Shown here: piece after piece, positions 51,846 to 64,000 of the stretch
How the letters are laid out: each line of letters begins with the position of its first letter
Numbering within the stretch: position 1 is the stretch's first letter
From: Antedon mediterranea
Lineage: Eukaryota; Animalia; Echinodermata
Reading direction: 5' to 3'
Assembly: GCF_964355755.1 (NCBI RefSeq)
Contig: NC_092678.1
Coordinates: 25,809,365 to 25,873,364 of the forward strand
DNA length: 64,000 nucleotides
Translations under genes and position numbers: made by a program
The notes under the pieces: generated by a model
Database searches by the model: none
What the model was told of the DNA's origin: nothing
The model's input: only the letters and a program-made list of their open reading frames with translations

Positions 51846-53013
51846 TCTTTTTATTCTAGGTGTTTCAGATATAAACGTATAATATTAATTATATAAATTT
51901 GAATTGAAAGAAATTCTAAATAATAAAATTGTATTAAAAATGTAAATATTTTGACACACTCACCTATCAAGATCAATAGGGTCATCTCCGGCAAGTGATA
52001 TTTTCATTGTAAGATTGATTTTAAATAAAGAGACTAGTTCATTTCTTCTGCGTGTTAACTTTCATTTACGGTTCGTTTCTTAATCAATGGATGAATTCAT
52101 TAATTGAATTTAAGAACAAGAAAACAACTAGATCTTTGATTAATTCTCTTAATCTTACAAGATGATTAAACAATTTTGATACCATATTATTTTGGCAAAG
52201 ATCTTTTGACCCGCCAAAATGAGGTTACTCATAATAAATCCACTTTTTTTGTTTATATTTCATTTTGTGACTAAAGAGTTCAAACACAAATAAGATCACA
52301 AATAAGATAGTTTAACAAGACAATTTTAATCATGTATTTTACCGCCATTTTTCATTTCTACATTTTAATTAACATCGTATCTAAAATTTTAAATGAGAAA
52401 ATAGATGGTTAATATAATGAATTCTGGCATCTTATTATGTAAATATACCGGTATTTTAACTACTCTAAACACTTACTTTTAATTGTCACAAATGTACTTA
52501 TATGTATATAATATATTCATCAATGAGAATTTAAATAAACGTGAGAAGAACTCACACAAGACAAAAAAAAAAGAGTTCAGCATTTGATTGTAAATTGAGG
52601 GGTGTGATTATTGAGATTTGACCGTTCAAAATTCTGAACTGACCAATCAATTTCAACATGTCCGACGTTTTACTTGGCATTTGGAAGTACATGCTTAAAC
52701 TAACAAGTTTTCACAGGGGGACAAGATTCTAACAAGTGATGAGTTCATGTAAAGTTAAAGTAAGGGTTGAGGCTAAAAATGATAAGAACAGAAGATTATG
52801 GGTTTAAAGAGCTTTACAAAAAACTCTCCTACGCAATAGATTCTGGAACATTTTAGTTGAGTTGAAATGATGGTATAGTCTAACACGAATCATTTAAATC
52901 TTTTAGTTGAGTTGAAATGATGGTATAGTCTAACACGAATCATTTAAATCTTTTATTTGGAGAGATTAGAAGAAGAGGGGTTGACAGTAAGTTTAGAAAG
53001 TGGTCATGATTTT

Positions 53014-53495
53014 TTTATAATATTAGTAGCCTATCTAAGAAAATGAAACGTTTATAATATTAGTAGCCTATCTAAGAAAATGAAACGTTTATAATATTAG
53101 TAGCCTATCTAAGAAAATGAAACGTTTATAATATTAGTAGCCTATCTAAGAAAATGAAACGTTTATAATATTAGTAGCCTATCTAAGAAAATGAAACGTT
53201 TATAATATTAGTAGCCTATCTAAGAAAATGAAACGTTTATAATATTAGTAGCCTATCTAAGAAAATGAAACGTTTATAATATTAGTAGCCTATCTAAGAA
53301 AATGAAACGTTTATAATATTAGTAGCCTATCTAAGAAAATGAAACGTTTATAATATTAGTAGCCTATCTAAGAAAATGAAACGTTTATAATATTAGTAGC
53401 CTATCTAAGAAAATGAAACGTTTATAATATTAGTAGCCTATCTAAGAAAATGAAACGTTTATAATATTAGTAGCCTATCTAAGAAAATGAAACGT
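53014..53495. repeat. 37-bp minisatellite, 13 identical copies
   Basis: TTTATAATATTAGTAGCCTATCTAAGAAAATGAAACG. Confidence 0.97.
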
Positions 53496-53639
53496 AAAAC
53501 ATTTTTTCTTTAAAGTAAACATTTGTTTTCTTTGTAAACTGGTTTAAAAAAAAAAAAAAAAAAAAAAAAAAGTTTTATAAACGTTTGTTTTCTTTTGTAA
53601 ACTGGTTAAGTTGTACAGTACTTAACAGTATTGATTTGT

Positions 53640-54854
53640 ATCCGATACTAAATGTACTAAGTCTGATACTAAATGTACTAAGTGAAAGTATCTGATACTA
53701 AATGTACTAAGTGAAAGTATCTGATACTAAATGTACTAAGTGAAAGTATCTGATACTAAATGTACTAAGTGAAAGTATCTGATACTAAATGTACTAAGTG
53801 AAAGTATCTGATACTAAATGTACTAAGTGAAAGTATCTGATACTAAATGTACTAAGTGAAAGTATCTGATACTAAATGTACTAAGTGAAAGTATCTGATA
53901 CTAAATGTACTAAGTGAAAGTATCTGATACTAAATGTACTAAGTGAAAGTATCTGATACTAAATGTACTAAGTGAAAGTATCTGATACTAAATGTACTAA
54001 GTGAAAGTATCTGATACTAAATGTACTAAGTGAAAGTATCTGATACTAAATGTACTAAGTGCAAGTATCTGATACTAAATGTACTAAGTGCAAGTATCTG
54101 ATACTAAATGTACTAAGTGCAAGTATCTGATACTAAATGTACTAAGTGCAAGTATCTGATGCTAAATGTACTAAGTGCAAGTATCTGATGCTAAATGTAC
54201 TAAGTGCAAGTATCTGATGCTAAATGTACTAAGTGCAAGTATCTGATGCTAAATGTACTAAGTGAAAGTATCTGATGCTAAATGTACTAAGTGAAAGTAT
54301 CTGATGCTAAATGTACTAAGTGAAAGTATCTGATGCTAAATGTACTAAGTGAAAGTATCTGATGCTAAATGTACTAAGTGAAAGTATCTGATGCTAAATG
54401 TACTAAGTGAAAGTATCTGATGCTAAATGTACTAAGTGAAAGTATCTGATGCTAAATGTACTAAGTGAAAGTATCTGATGCTAAATGTACTAAGTGAAAG
54501 TATCTGATGCTAAATGTACTAAGTGAAAGTATCTGATGCTAAATGTACTAAGTGAAAGTATCTGATGCTAAATGTACTAAGTGAAAGTATCTGATGCTAA
54601 ATGTACTAAGTGAAAGTATCTGATGCTAAATGTACTAAGTGAAAGTATCTGATGCTAAATGTACTAAGTGAAAGTATCTGATGCTAAATGTACTAAGTGA
54701 AAGTATCTGATGCTAAATGTACTAAGTGAAAGTATCTGATGCTAAATGTACTAAGTGAAAGTATCTGATGCTAAATGTACTAAGTGAAAGTATCTGATAC
54801 TAAATGTACTAAGTGAAAGTATCTGATACTAAATGTACTAAGTGAAAGTATCTG
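53640..54854. repeat. 29-bp minisatellite, about 41 copies, in blocks of variants
   Basis: GAT(A/G)CTAAATGTACTAAGTG(A/C)AAGTATCT. Confidence 0.97.
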
Positions 54855-55762
54855 TTTTAAAGACATAAGGAAAGAGAATATCTGAGCGTACTTTAAACTG
54901 TAATGACAGCTTTTTCAACTTCTTGCACCATATTTGGAAATTAAAATGATACCAGACGGGTTAATTAAAATTTAGTAAGATTATATTGAAGTTGTATTGT
55001 TTAATATAATAGTGCATGTTCATATACAGCTTGATTTCATTTACATGTTAGTAAGAAAAGTAATACATTATTAACAGTTTCAGACTTTTTATCCAACACT
55101 TGCATGCTTTCTAAAAACAGTTCACTGTTAATGGACCATGATTTATTGCAGGCAATGACACACTGATGTCTTTTCTGATGTTTACTCAAAAAGACATGAT
55201 TGCTGTTTGTAGAACTTTTAAGTAAAATTTGATAATTGCACCGTAGAAAGATTTCATTTCAAAATGTTCTTGATATTTGGATTGGAAACTGATTGGGAAA
55301 CTTTTTTATAAAAATGTTTGAAATATTACATATTGTATTAGGAAGTATGAGATGAACTGGACATTTTACTGAATGTTATCCAAGGAGGTTGATATTGTTG
55401 GCAGAGATTTACCTTTTCCACAAATGTTTTAGTAAAACACTCTATAAATAGAAATCTTATAATACTTTTGTTATCAAGATGGCAAGTAATAAATTGGCCT
55501 GATTATCAAATGTATTGTAAACCTTTATCTATTCATTTTCACTAGAAAAAATGTAATTTCTGTATAAAAAAGGTCTGGTTTCTCAAAACCATTTTTTGGA
55601 AATAATGTTTTATGATTGATCGACACTTTACTAAAAATATATTGCTGTTTTTTTATACAAACACTTACCATTGTTGGAATTTAGAATGTTAAATTTAAAT
55701 TGTTTATTTTGTTTTCGCTATGTTATTTTTGAAATATCTTATTTGTTTTTATTTTTCAACAG

Positions 55763-55878
55763 GATTATTAGTACGATTCTGACGGACTTAAATACATCAC
55801 AAAGTTCAACACTAGATGTTAAAGCATTAAGAGCCTTTCGTGTTGTCAGACCATTACGACTAGTTTCAGGGGTTCCAA
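55763..55878 (+). CDS. Cav1: Cav1 exon 5 (IS3-S4 linker and S4 voltage sensor)
   Basis: tcaacag|[38 protein letters not shown](S)|gtaagt. Confidence 0.97.
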
Positions 55879-56365
55879 GTAAGTATAGACTTAACATTTT
55901 GATAAGAAACCCTTACAAATCACATTGTTTTTAAAGTACATGTTTGTATTATTCTATGTCTAAATATTAATTATGCTGTAAATTGTACTGTTCTTGAAAA
56001 GAATAAATATTACTTACTATTTTAAGATTGTTTAGTTGTGGCATTAAGACTATACTAGGAGGTTTGACATGAAAATATACTATATATTTTTGGAACAGTA
56101 TGAAGACTATATATCATTCCTGCTAACAGTCAATATAGCCAGCCAGTGCTAGATAATTAGTGTCCCCAATCGAAAATAAATTTCTCATTTTTATAACTAA
56201 TTGATAAGATGGCCTGTCGTACAAATTGTTTTATAAAGTCATATTGATGTATAAAGGCCATCAAGTTGTTATAGTATTAATATTGTTGACATTTATTTGA
56301 TATTAATATTATGTTACTAATTCGCTATCGTTAGTTTGACATATAAATTATTTATACAATGATGT

Positions 56366-56490
56366 CTTAAGTCGGGTCTGTTTCTGCTGCTTAAGTCGGG
56401 TCTGTTTCTGCTGCTTAAGTCGGGTCTGGGTCTGTTTCTGCTGCTTAAGTCGGGTCTGTTTCTGCTGCTTAAGTCGGATCTGTTTCTGCT
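56366..56490. repeat. 24-bp minisatellite, about 5 copies
   Basis: CTTAAGTCGGGTCTGTTTCTGCTG. Confidence 0.9.
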
Positions 56491-57275
56491 AATAACCATG
56501 TGAATAATTGACCCCAATTTATTGCAGAAAAGCAACACAAATTCAAATACTATTAACAGACACAACAGATTGCCATTTACCCAGTTATTGTGTTTTAGCA
56601 AAATAACGGTCATTCCATTGACCGCCTTTGACCATGAGCATTATGCCAAAATGTTATGTAAAGTTTTTGTTTTATAAAGAAAGTTTAGAATAAATATTGC
56701 ATTCATTTTTTTCTTGTTTATATGGTATGTCAAAAATTTGTTCAATATGTTAAAAATGTAATTTAATATTCAAACAAATTGAATTATAGAATATTACATG
56801 TACGTTCATCATTGAAGTTTGACTATAAAACATTGTAAACATACTTTTGCAACCAGAACATCAATCAATGTAAATCAAGGGTCCTTGAGCCTTGAGCATA
56901 GAATACAAATTATGTAGCTTTACATCACTGCTGTAGATATGTTTGATATTTTGCTGCTACGCTGACAGTCTCAAGTCGGCTTAAAACAACGATATGAATT
57001 CATGATTCATATAATTGTACAATCTTTTTCTGCATATCATTATCCACATCCAACTGAAGTTATTGCCTGTTTATTAAAAGTACACTTTTGATCAAATGCT
57101 TCCATAAAAATGATACTAATCTGTATGTTTCTGAGTACATTCATTTTTTTCTCTATGTTTTACGGTACTGTATATATAATTTGATCTTTGCATCAGTTTT
57201 GTATGATAACACTCCAACTCCTTGTAACTAAATAGGTATAGAATAACACAAAATGTGTCTGTATTTTTTTTTAAG

Positions 57276-57428
57276 GTTTACAAGTGGTCCTAAATGCAAT
57301 TTTACGTGCAATGGTGCCTCTACTACACATTGCGTTATTAGTAATTTTTGTTATCATCATTTATGCAATTATTGGTCTGGAATTATTTATGGGAAAGCTT
57401 CATAGTGCGTGCTATTTCACAAATTCAG
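57276..57428 (+). CDS. Cav1: Cav1 exon 6 (IS5)
   Basis: ttttaag|[50 protein letters not shown]|gtaaga; [23 protein letters not shown] is L-type-like. Confidence 0.97.
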
Positions 57429-57523
57429 GTAAGAAGACCTTTGGTTCCACGCACTTTAAAGTTATGAGAGAAATGGTTGTTGTTTTGAATTTTTGAAATA
57501 GCGGTCATATTATATAAGTATTA

Positions 57524-57663
57524 AGCTCTGTCTACACTATCAAACTTTATGTCACAAAAAATGTGATGTTCCCATATATGGACATGATGATGTCATATCA
57601 CTACCATATTTGGACACATCACACTTTTTTTGTCAAACTAACTTTTATAGTGTAGACAGAGCT
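57524..57663. mobile_element. 140-bp MITE copy with TTA target duplication (PIF/Harbinger-like)
   Basis: TTA|AGCTCTGTCTACACTAT...ATAGTGTAGACAGAGCT|TTA; opposite orientation to the copy at 44015. Confidence 0.9.
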
Positions 57664-57715
57664 TTACGGGTTACAAATCAACTTGTTACCAGAAAACCGT
57701 TTCTTTTCTTTTCAG

Positions 57716-57912
57716 ATGGTATTAGAGAAATAGAGCAAGTGCCTCGACCGTGCTCAAATACAACTGGATATAATTGTCCTACAAACTATGAATGTTTAGA
57801 GTTATGGGAGGGGCCTAATAAAGGCATAACAAACTTTGATAACATAGGTCTAGCTATGCTTACTGTCTTCCAATGTATTACGATGGAGGGCTGGACACAG
57901 ATAATGTATTAT
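57716..57912 (+). CDS. Cav1: Cav1 exon 7 (domain I turret and pore loop)
   Basis: ttttcag|...[13 protein letters not shown]...[36 protein letters not shown]|gtaagt; selectivity-filter Glu in TMEGW. Confidence 0.97.
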
Positions 57913-58689
57913 GTAAGTATCGCCTTAACTTCTTATAAATTTATGTATATATTTTGTAGTTGAAATAATAGATATAAATAAATTTTAGATGTAAACAAAT
58001 CTCAAATTGTCTGCTCTTTTGAGTAAAACACATGGAAATATGACTCAATACAAAATGCCAATCAACATTTAAAAATGACAGTGTTTTTTGTCATAATCTA
58101 AAATATGGTGTCTGACATTATTATGATTTTGTTCATTACATACAATTTCATATTTTTCATTAGCTAGCATCTAACATTTTTTTTGTTTAAAAGGGTTTAA
58201 AAATTTAATAGATTCTTTAGAATTTATTTATAATTTGCATTTGTTTTTTAGACAATCATTTAAGTTGTTCACATGTTATTTGCTCTAATTTGTGTTTGAT
58301 ATTTTTACAAATTTGATACGCATGTATTTCTGATCATATTATTTCCCCACTGTTGGTGATTGTTCTTAGCCATGATTGAGTTCTTATATTTGCTATCTAA
58401 GTCATGCTGATCGATTAACCAGTCAGAAGACATTAAGCATTGATGGGATAAAGGTGTGTTAGTTAGACATTAGAGATTTGAATGTCAGTCAATTAGTAGA
58501 GAGGGACAAGAAACTGTTGACAGCAAAGACCAGATGTGGGTGTGAAGATTTAACATATTGGATAGTCTGTAGAGGATATGGATGAATTGTTTGAAAATCA
58601 AAGAAGTAAAATTGGGATGAGCTTATTAATACTCATAATTACAATGTTGTATCAATCTGATTGGTGTGTTTGTTTGGTGTGCTATTGTT

Positions 58690-59312
58690 TGGGGTGTGGC
58701 TTTTGTTAGAAGTGTGGCTTTTAATAGAGGTGTGGCTTAATTATTTTCGGGGTGTGGCTGTTGTTAGGGTGTGGGTTTGTTAGAGATAAGGTTTTTATTA
58801 GGGTGTGGCTTTTGTTAGAGGTGTGACTTTCATTAGAGGTGTGGCTTTTATTAGAGGTGTGGCTTTGTTAGAGATGTGTCTTTTGTCAGAGGTGTGACTT
58901 CTGTTAGAGGTGTGGCTTTTGTTACAGGTGTGGCTTTATTAGAGGTGTGGCTTTTGTTAGAGGTGTCGCTATTGTTAGAGGTGTGTCTTCTGTAAGAGGT
59001 GTGGCTTTTGTTAGAGGTTTGGCTGTTGTTAGAGGTGTGGCTGTTGTTAAAGGTGTGGCTTTATGGGTGTGGCTTTTATTATAGATGTGGCTTTTGTTAG
59101 AGGTTTGGCTATTGTTAGAGGTGTGTCTTCTGTAAGAGATGTGGCTTTTGTTTGAGGTGTGGCTTTTTTGAGGTGTTGCTGTTGTTAGAGGTGTGGCTTT
59201 ATGGGTGTGGCTTTTGTTAGAGGTGTGGCTTTTGTTAGATGTGTGGCTTTTGGTAGATGTGTGGCTTTTGTTAGATGTGTGGCTTATGCATGATGTGTGG
59301 CTTATGCATGGC
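58690..59312. repeat. Degenerate ~20-bp GT-rich repeat upstream of the first IS6 exon
   Basis: Consensus TGTTAGAGGTGTGGCTTT(T), roughly 30 diverged copies. Confidence 0.88.
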
Positions 59313-59448
59313 TTATTTGAAGTGGTTCCGCTCATATGATTTATTTAAACTTTGTAAAATCTGTACGACGTGGCTGTAAGAATATTATGGCTAATAGAGG
59401 GGCGTGGCTTAGTGGGTGGGACTAACATTGCTTGTGTTTGATTGGCAG

Positions 59449-59552
59449 ATTAATGATGCCATGGGCAGCAACTGGCCGTGGGTGTATTTTGTGAGTCTTA
59501 TTATCGTTGGCTCATTCTTCGTGCTCAATCTAGTTCTTGGTGTTTTAAGTGG
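59449..59552 (+). CDS. Cav1: Cav1 IS6 exon, first alternative
   Basis: ACTAAC branch site; ggcag|[35 protein letters not shown]|gtaagt; 104 nt. Confidence 0.95.
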
Positions 59553-60015
59553 GTAAGTGTTTAGGTGGTGATACAATCACCGTCTGCAAAATGTATATCT
59601 CTCATTTGTCATTAAAGTCATTCTTGTAAGAAATTAAAATTCAAATCTTCAAAATTAAAGTAATATTGTACCTAACAAATTTATTATTTCATTTTTACAT
59701 TAAAGAAAAAAAACAAGATTTGTTGTCATGGAAACACTAATTAAACTTGTAATTTTTTATTGAGCTATTGTTAGAAAATAAAAAGTTATTGAATTTATTA
59801 AATTATAAAATATAGATTTGTAATCACTTTGATAAGGGAAAGATAATTCTAAAATCAGATATTGATTTTTATCTTACAATGAAGACTGCAGTTTGTATTG
59901 TGTACTCAAGAATGACTTTTTGACAGACGAAAGGTCGTGACATTTTGCAACATTATTATTACGTTACATTAAACATTAATTGAATGTTTCTGTTGTATTA
60001 TTCTTCAACCCACAG

Positions 60016-60119
60016 ATTAACGACTCTGTGAGCCCAAGTTGGCCATGGATCTATTTCGTCAGTCTTATTCTCTTGGGCTCATTCTTTGTCCTTAACCTTA
60101 TTCTTGGTGTCTTAAGTGG
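60016..60119 (+). CDS. Cav1: Cav1 IS6 exon, second alternative
   Basis: ccacag|[35 protein letters not shown]|gtaagt; 104 nt, same phases as 59449-59552. Confidence 0.95.
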
Positions 60120-60904
60120 GTAAGTCAACAGAACGACGCCACCAATCTGTTGGCATGGCGTGCCGTCTTAACAAAACAAGCTGTATTTTTTACCCCTTTT
60201 GAGGTGTCTTTGGTTTTTGTTTTCGCCGTTGGTGCATGCCAAGCTTTTGTAAGCCATATTGGAATCTGTTGCAATTGGGAATATTGTAAACTTCCTAAAT
60301 TTAAATTTAGCAAAGTAAACAACAGCATAACACAAGCTAAAACTAATTGTAATAATTATTAATATTACCTTTTTTTTATGTTATTTCATTTTCAGTTATT
60401 TATTGTTAGGTTTTTCCTTCTCATATTTTATGTCCTATTTGGGGATAGAAATTACTGATACAAACCCTATAAAATATTATCTAAAAACCATACAGATAGT
60501 TAAATTTACTTTTTGTTGGATATATAAATCATATGTAGATATTATTCATATTGACCATATGAGGCAGCTAGTGATGAAAAAAATTCAAAATCTAGGGAGT
60601 TATTTGCATACATTACACAACATTTTATAGTAGCTTAAGGAGTCTTTTTATTTCTATGCCTGAATATGATTGGCTAGATCCTTTGTAAAGATAAATTAAT
60701 ACTCATCAATAATGCACCATTCAATGTGAATTTTGTTAAATTTGTAACATTTCTTATTCTGCTGATATTAGATTAAATTGTATCGATAGGTGTCATAAAT
60801 TGTAAAATGATGTAAATAGAGGAGACAGAATTACCAGGGGGCACACCAAGTAGGCCTACTTTACACTGTGGTGAATCCATGATACATCATTTTGTACTTT
60901 TTAG

Positions 60905-61495
60905 CAGTGACCATATTTTGTCAAACTATCCTGTCACAAAAACTTTAATAAGTATGTAACTATAGAGAACTATTAGGCTTCAGTCCTTTTTGTAATTTTG
61001 ACAGTGACCATATTTGGTCAAACTATCCTGTAACAAAAACTTTAATAAGTATCTATACAGAACTATTAGGCTTCAGTCCTTTTTGTAATTTTGGCAGTGA
61101 CCATATTTGGGCAAACTATCCTGTAACAAAAACTTTAATAAGTATGTAACTATACAGAACTATTAGGCTTCAGTCCTTTTTGTAATTTTGACAGTGACCA
61201 TATTTGGTCAAACTATCCTGTAACAAAAACTTTAATAAGTATCTATACAGAACTATTAGGCTTCAGTCCTTTTTGTAATTTTGGCAGTGACCATATTTGG
61301 GCAAACTATCCTGTAACAAAAACTTTAATAAGTATGTAACTATACAGAACTATTAGGCTTCAGTCCTTTTTGTAATTTTGACAGTGACCATATTTAAAAC
61401 TATCCTGTCACAAAAACTTTAATAAGTACTGTATGTAACTATACAGAACTATAGGCTTCAGTCCTTTTTGTAATTTTGACAGTGACCATATTTGG
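60905..61495. repeat. 93/97-bp tandem repeat, about 6 copies, partly a 190-bp dimer
   Basis: CAGTGACCATATTT recurs at 60905, 61002, 61095, 61192, 61285, 61382 and ~61480. Confidence 0.94.
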
Positions 61496-62283
61496 TTCTA
61501 CACGTTGTATTATTAGATTTGAATTCAATTTTGGTTTATTGAAATTAAAATGGCAGCACTGTTTAACTAGACATTTTCTGCCAGATTAAACCAAACTTAA
61601 ATATTAAAGATGGACACAATTTTTTTTTCCTAAAAAGAATAAAAACCCATAAAAATCATATCGCATTTGCTAATTCAGATTCCAATATGATGCATTTTAT
61701 TATTTTTAAAAAGAAACCATTTTTAATTGTTTATTAACTAAACATTTGTAATATTTGCAGATTTTTATGTTTTTTTTAATATACAGTTATATATAATATA
61801 CCTCTGTATAAGTCAACTTGAATTCCTTGTTTGGTCTTTATTAAAATAATCCCTTTCTAAATATCAATATATTATATAATATACCTACTGAATGTTGCAC
61901 GCTATATAACATTAAATTCCTCATTGGAGAACATTCTCACATCATTTTTTACTAACACTTTTTAGACCTCTGCATGTTTACTATATTATACCTTTTTAAA
62001 TATATCAAATATTCATTTTTTTACAAAGTACGCCATTTATAATTATTGAAATTAAATCATTTTATTGTACAATATTAAGTATAACTATATATTTATTTAG
62101 ATAATCGGTAATCTTGCATAATATTAAATTCCCATCAAATTCCCATCATTTCAAAAATAATATTAAATGTTCAGTAGTATATAGATATATATTTATTCGT
62201 TCAATAATATTTGGAAATTTGCTTTCCTTTGACATTGACACATTAAATATATTATTATTTTATATAGATTTCAGTTTCATACT

Positions 62284-62355
62284 TAAGTTTCCCGCCTAAG
62301 TTTCCCGCCGCCCTCTAAGTTTCCCGCCGCCCTCTAAGTTTCCCGCCGCCCTCTA
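62284..62355. repeat. Short ~19-bp repeat, 3-4 copies
   Basis: TAAGTTTCCCGCCGCCCTC. Confidence 0.85.
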
Positions 62356-63540
62356 TGCAAAATATCTGCCACTGAGTATGTTGTAATAAAGCAATCTATT
62401 AGAAGTATTTAGGCATTTTCTGTAGCTAAAAAATCATGCTCTTGGCCAATACATAAATTTAGCATTTAATATAAAAAACATGCAGGAATAATAATTGGTT
62501 GCTTGCATTACATACCAATATTCATAAATATAAAATGCTCACATTTTGCTGTCAAATTCAGCCAATGACCTTTGACCTCAATGTTTTTTTTAAAATGTCG
62601 TTTATAACATGGTAGGTAGTTTTACAGTATACGTGATATTTTATAGTAAATAGTCAACTTGTGTAGGAAGACTGAAATGAATACTACAGAATAGATAAAC
62701 AGTGAATATTTAAGTTGGTTTTAATAACAAGAATTACAACAAGCGATTTATATTCCTTTTATAGTATAAACATAATATATACAGTAAGGTAAATAGTAGG
62801 AGAGGGTGATATGTATTAATTAGTTGATTCATTGGAGAAGTGACTAAACTGTCAGTCTTATAATTTGCTAACTTTCTGTTATCAAAAGCTTAGAAGATTC
62901 TAAAACAAAGTTATGTCTTTAAGTCTAGTGTTTGTGATCATACTTAAATTCCTAGAGTTGGATTTTTAATGTATTTATCTTTAAGAGGGTTTGTTGTGGA
63001 GAACTTAATTAAGATAAGTATATACTTGAAAGGTGCAAAAACGTCTGGTAGAGATGGTTTTATCTTTGCATTTTGTTTATAACATGTAAACTACTTACTT
63101 AGCGTGGGTGGGTTTATAATAGCAGAACTACAATGCATATCTTATATAATAGTAGTCGCCTATTGATTTACTTTTTGACTTTTTGATGAAAGAAAAGAAA
63201 ATAGAAAAACAATAATATTTCAAGTCATATATTTTAATAGTTTTTTTAGTCTGTTCTTAATGTATACATTAAATAAAAATAAACATAAATGTAGAGGCCA
63301 ACATATAATACATCATTTTGAAATGGTAAAGATGAGGAAATCTGTAAGCGTAGAAAAATGTCAACGAGACTTGACATGCAGACATGCTACCATTAGACCA
63401 TACATACATTACATAGATTTAATTCAGTTTAATTTGGTATTTAATCTTAGCATGATAATTCATTGTTTGGTATGTACTACACTTTTATACATTGATGTTA
63501 GTTATTTTGGTTTTCAGTAGTGTAAATTAAAGCAAATAGT

Positions 63541-64000
63541 AGGGAGGTTTCGCAATCTTACGAATACGATAACGAAAACGGATACGTCACACATTTGTGA
63601 AACTTTTCAGCTGATCCCCATTTCATATTCGTAAAGCGTATTCGTGTTGACGAATATCACCAGTCATATTCGTAACTACAAAACGAGTATAGTTTTTAAT
63701 CTATTTTGCACATTTTGCATTTGAATCAGGAATGATTCATGATTATAATATAATTATAGGTTTATTGAAAGTAATTTACTAAAGTAATTTACTAAAATGC
63801 CAGGTCAATTTTGATAAATAGCAGTTTTTAAAGTCCTCACTCGCTTTGATGTTACGCTAGGCCTAGGCAGCCAAGCACTAAGCAACACGTACCTGCGCTT
63901 CGCTCAAATTTACCGCAGTCATATTTTGGACGGCGACCTCAATATTTCGTTGCCATGCGATTTTTACTGGCTTACAAAAACGAATACGTGTCGGTGACGT
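63541..64000. mobile_element. Probable left end of a non-autonomous DNA element, cut by the window edge
   Basis: Abrupt shift to CpG-rich DNA at AGGGAGGTTTCGCAA, with repeated ACGAATA/TATTCGT motifs; second terminus not visible. Confidence 0.4.

Noticed and set aside
53546-53571. Poly(A) tract as a retrocopy tail
   Set aside because: No identifiable retroposed body upstream; it lies between two short local duplicates.
58922-59335. 137-aa minus-strand ORF (SHTSNK / KATPLT repeats) as a mucin-like gene
   Set aside because: Translation of the degenerate 20-bp repeat with frame switching between two repeat registers; no splice or start support.
62284-62355. Cluster of E2F-like TTTCCCGC sites
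   Set aside because: Generated by a short tandem repeat deep in an intron with no other promoter evidence.

Overview
AT-rich, intron-containing invertebrate animal DNA. A deuterostome, plausibly an echinoderm, is inferred from a Deu-domain SINE remnant and frequent TAGGCCTA motifs. Three spliced genes can be reconstructed by hand with frame-consistent junctions. (1) The last four exons (+, 94-7055) of a protein resembling the C-terminus of claret/GLO-4-type RCC1-repeat proteins (identity tentative). (2) A complete 8-exon DCP1 mRNA-decapping gene (-, 23800-9605). (3) The 5' part of an L-type voltage-gated Ca2+ channel alpha-1 subunit, Cav1 (+, 26766 to beyond 60119), with an NSCaTE-like motif, a U12-type intron and duplicated, apparently mutually exclusive IS6 exons. 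About a quarter of the window is near-perfect minisatellite arrays with mutually unrelated units. Several of these amplify splice signals, most strikingly 24 in-frame copies of an exon end plus its 5' splice site. Also present are MITE/DNA-transposon copies, SINE/LINE remnants and a duplicated back-to-back tRNA-like cassette between the divergent DCP1 and Cav1 starts. The long repetitive ORFs in the ORF track are mostly artefacts of the arrays.
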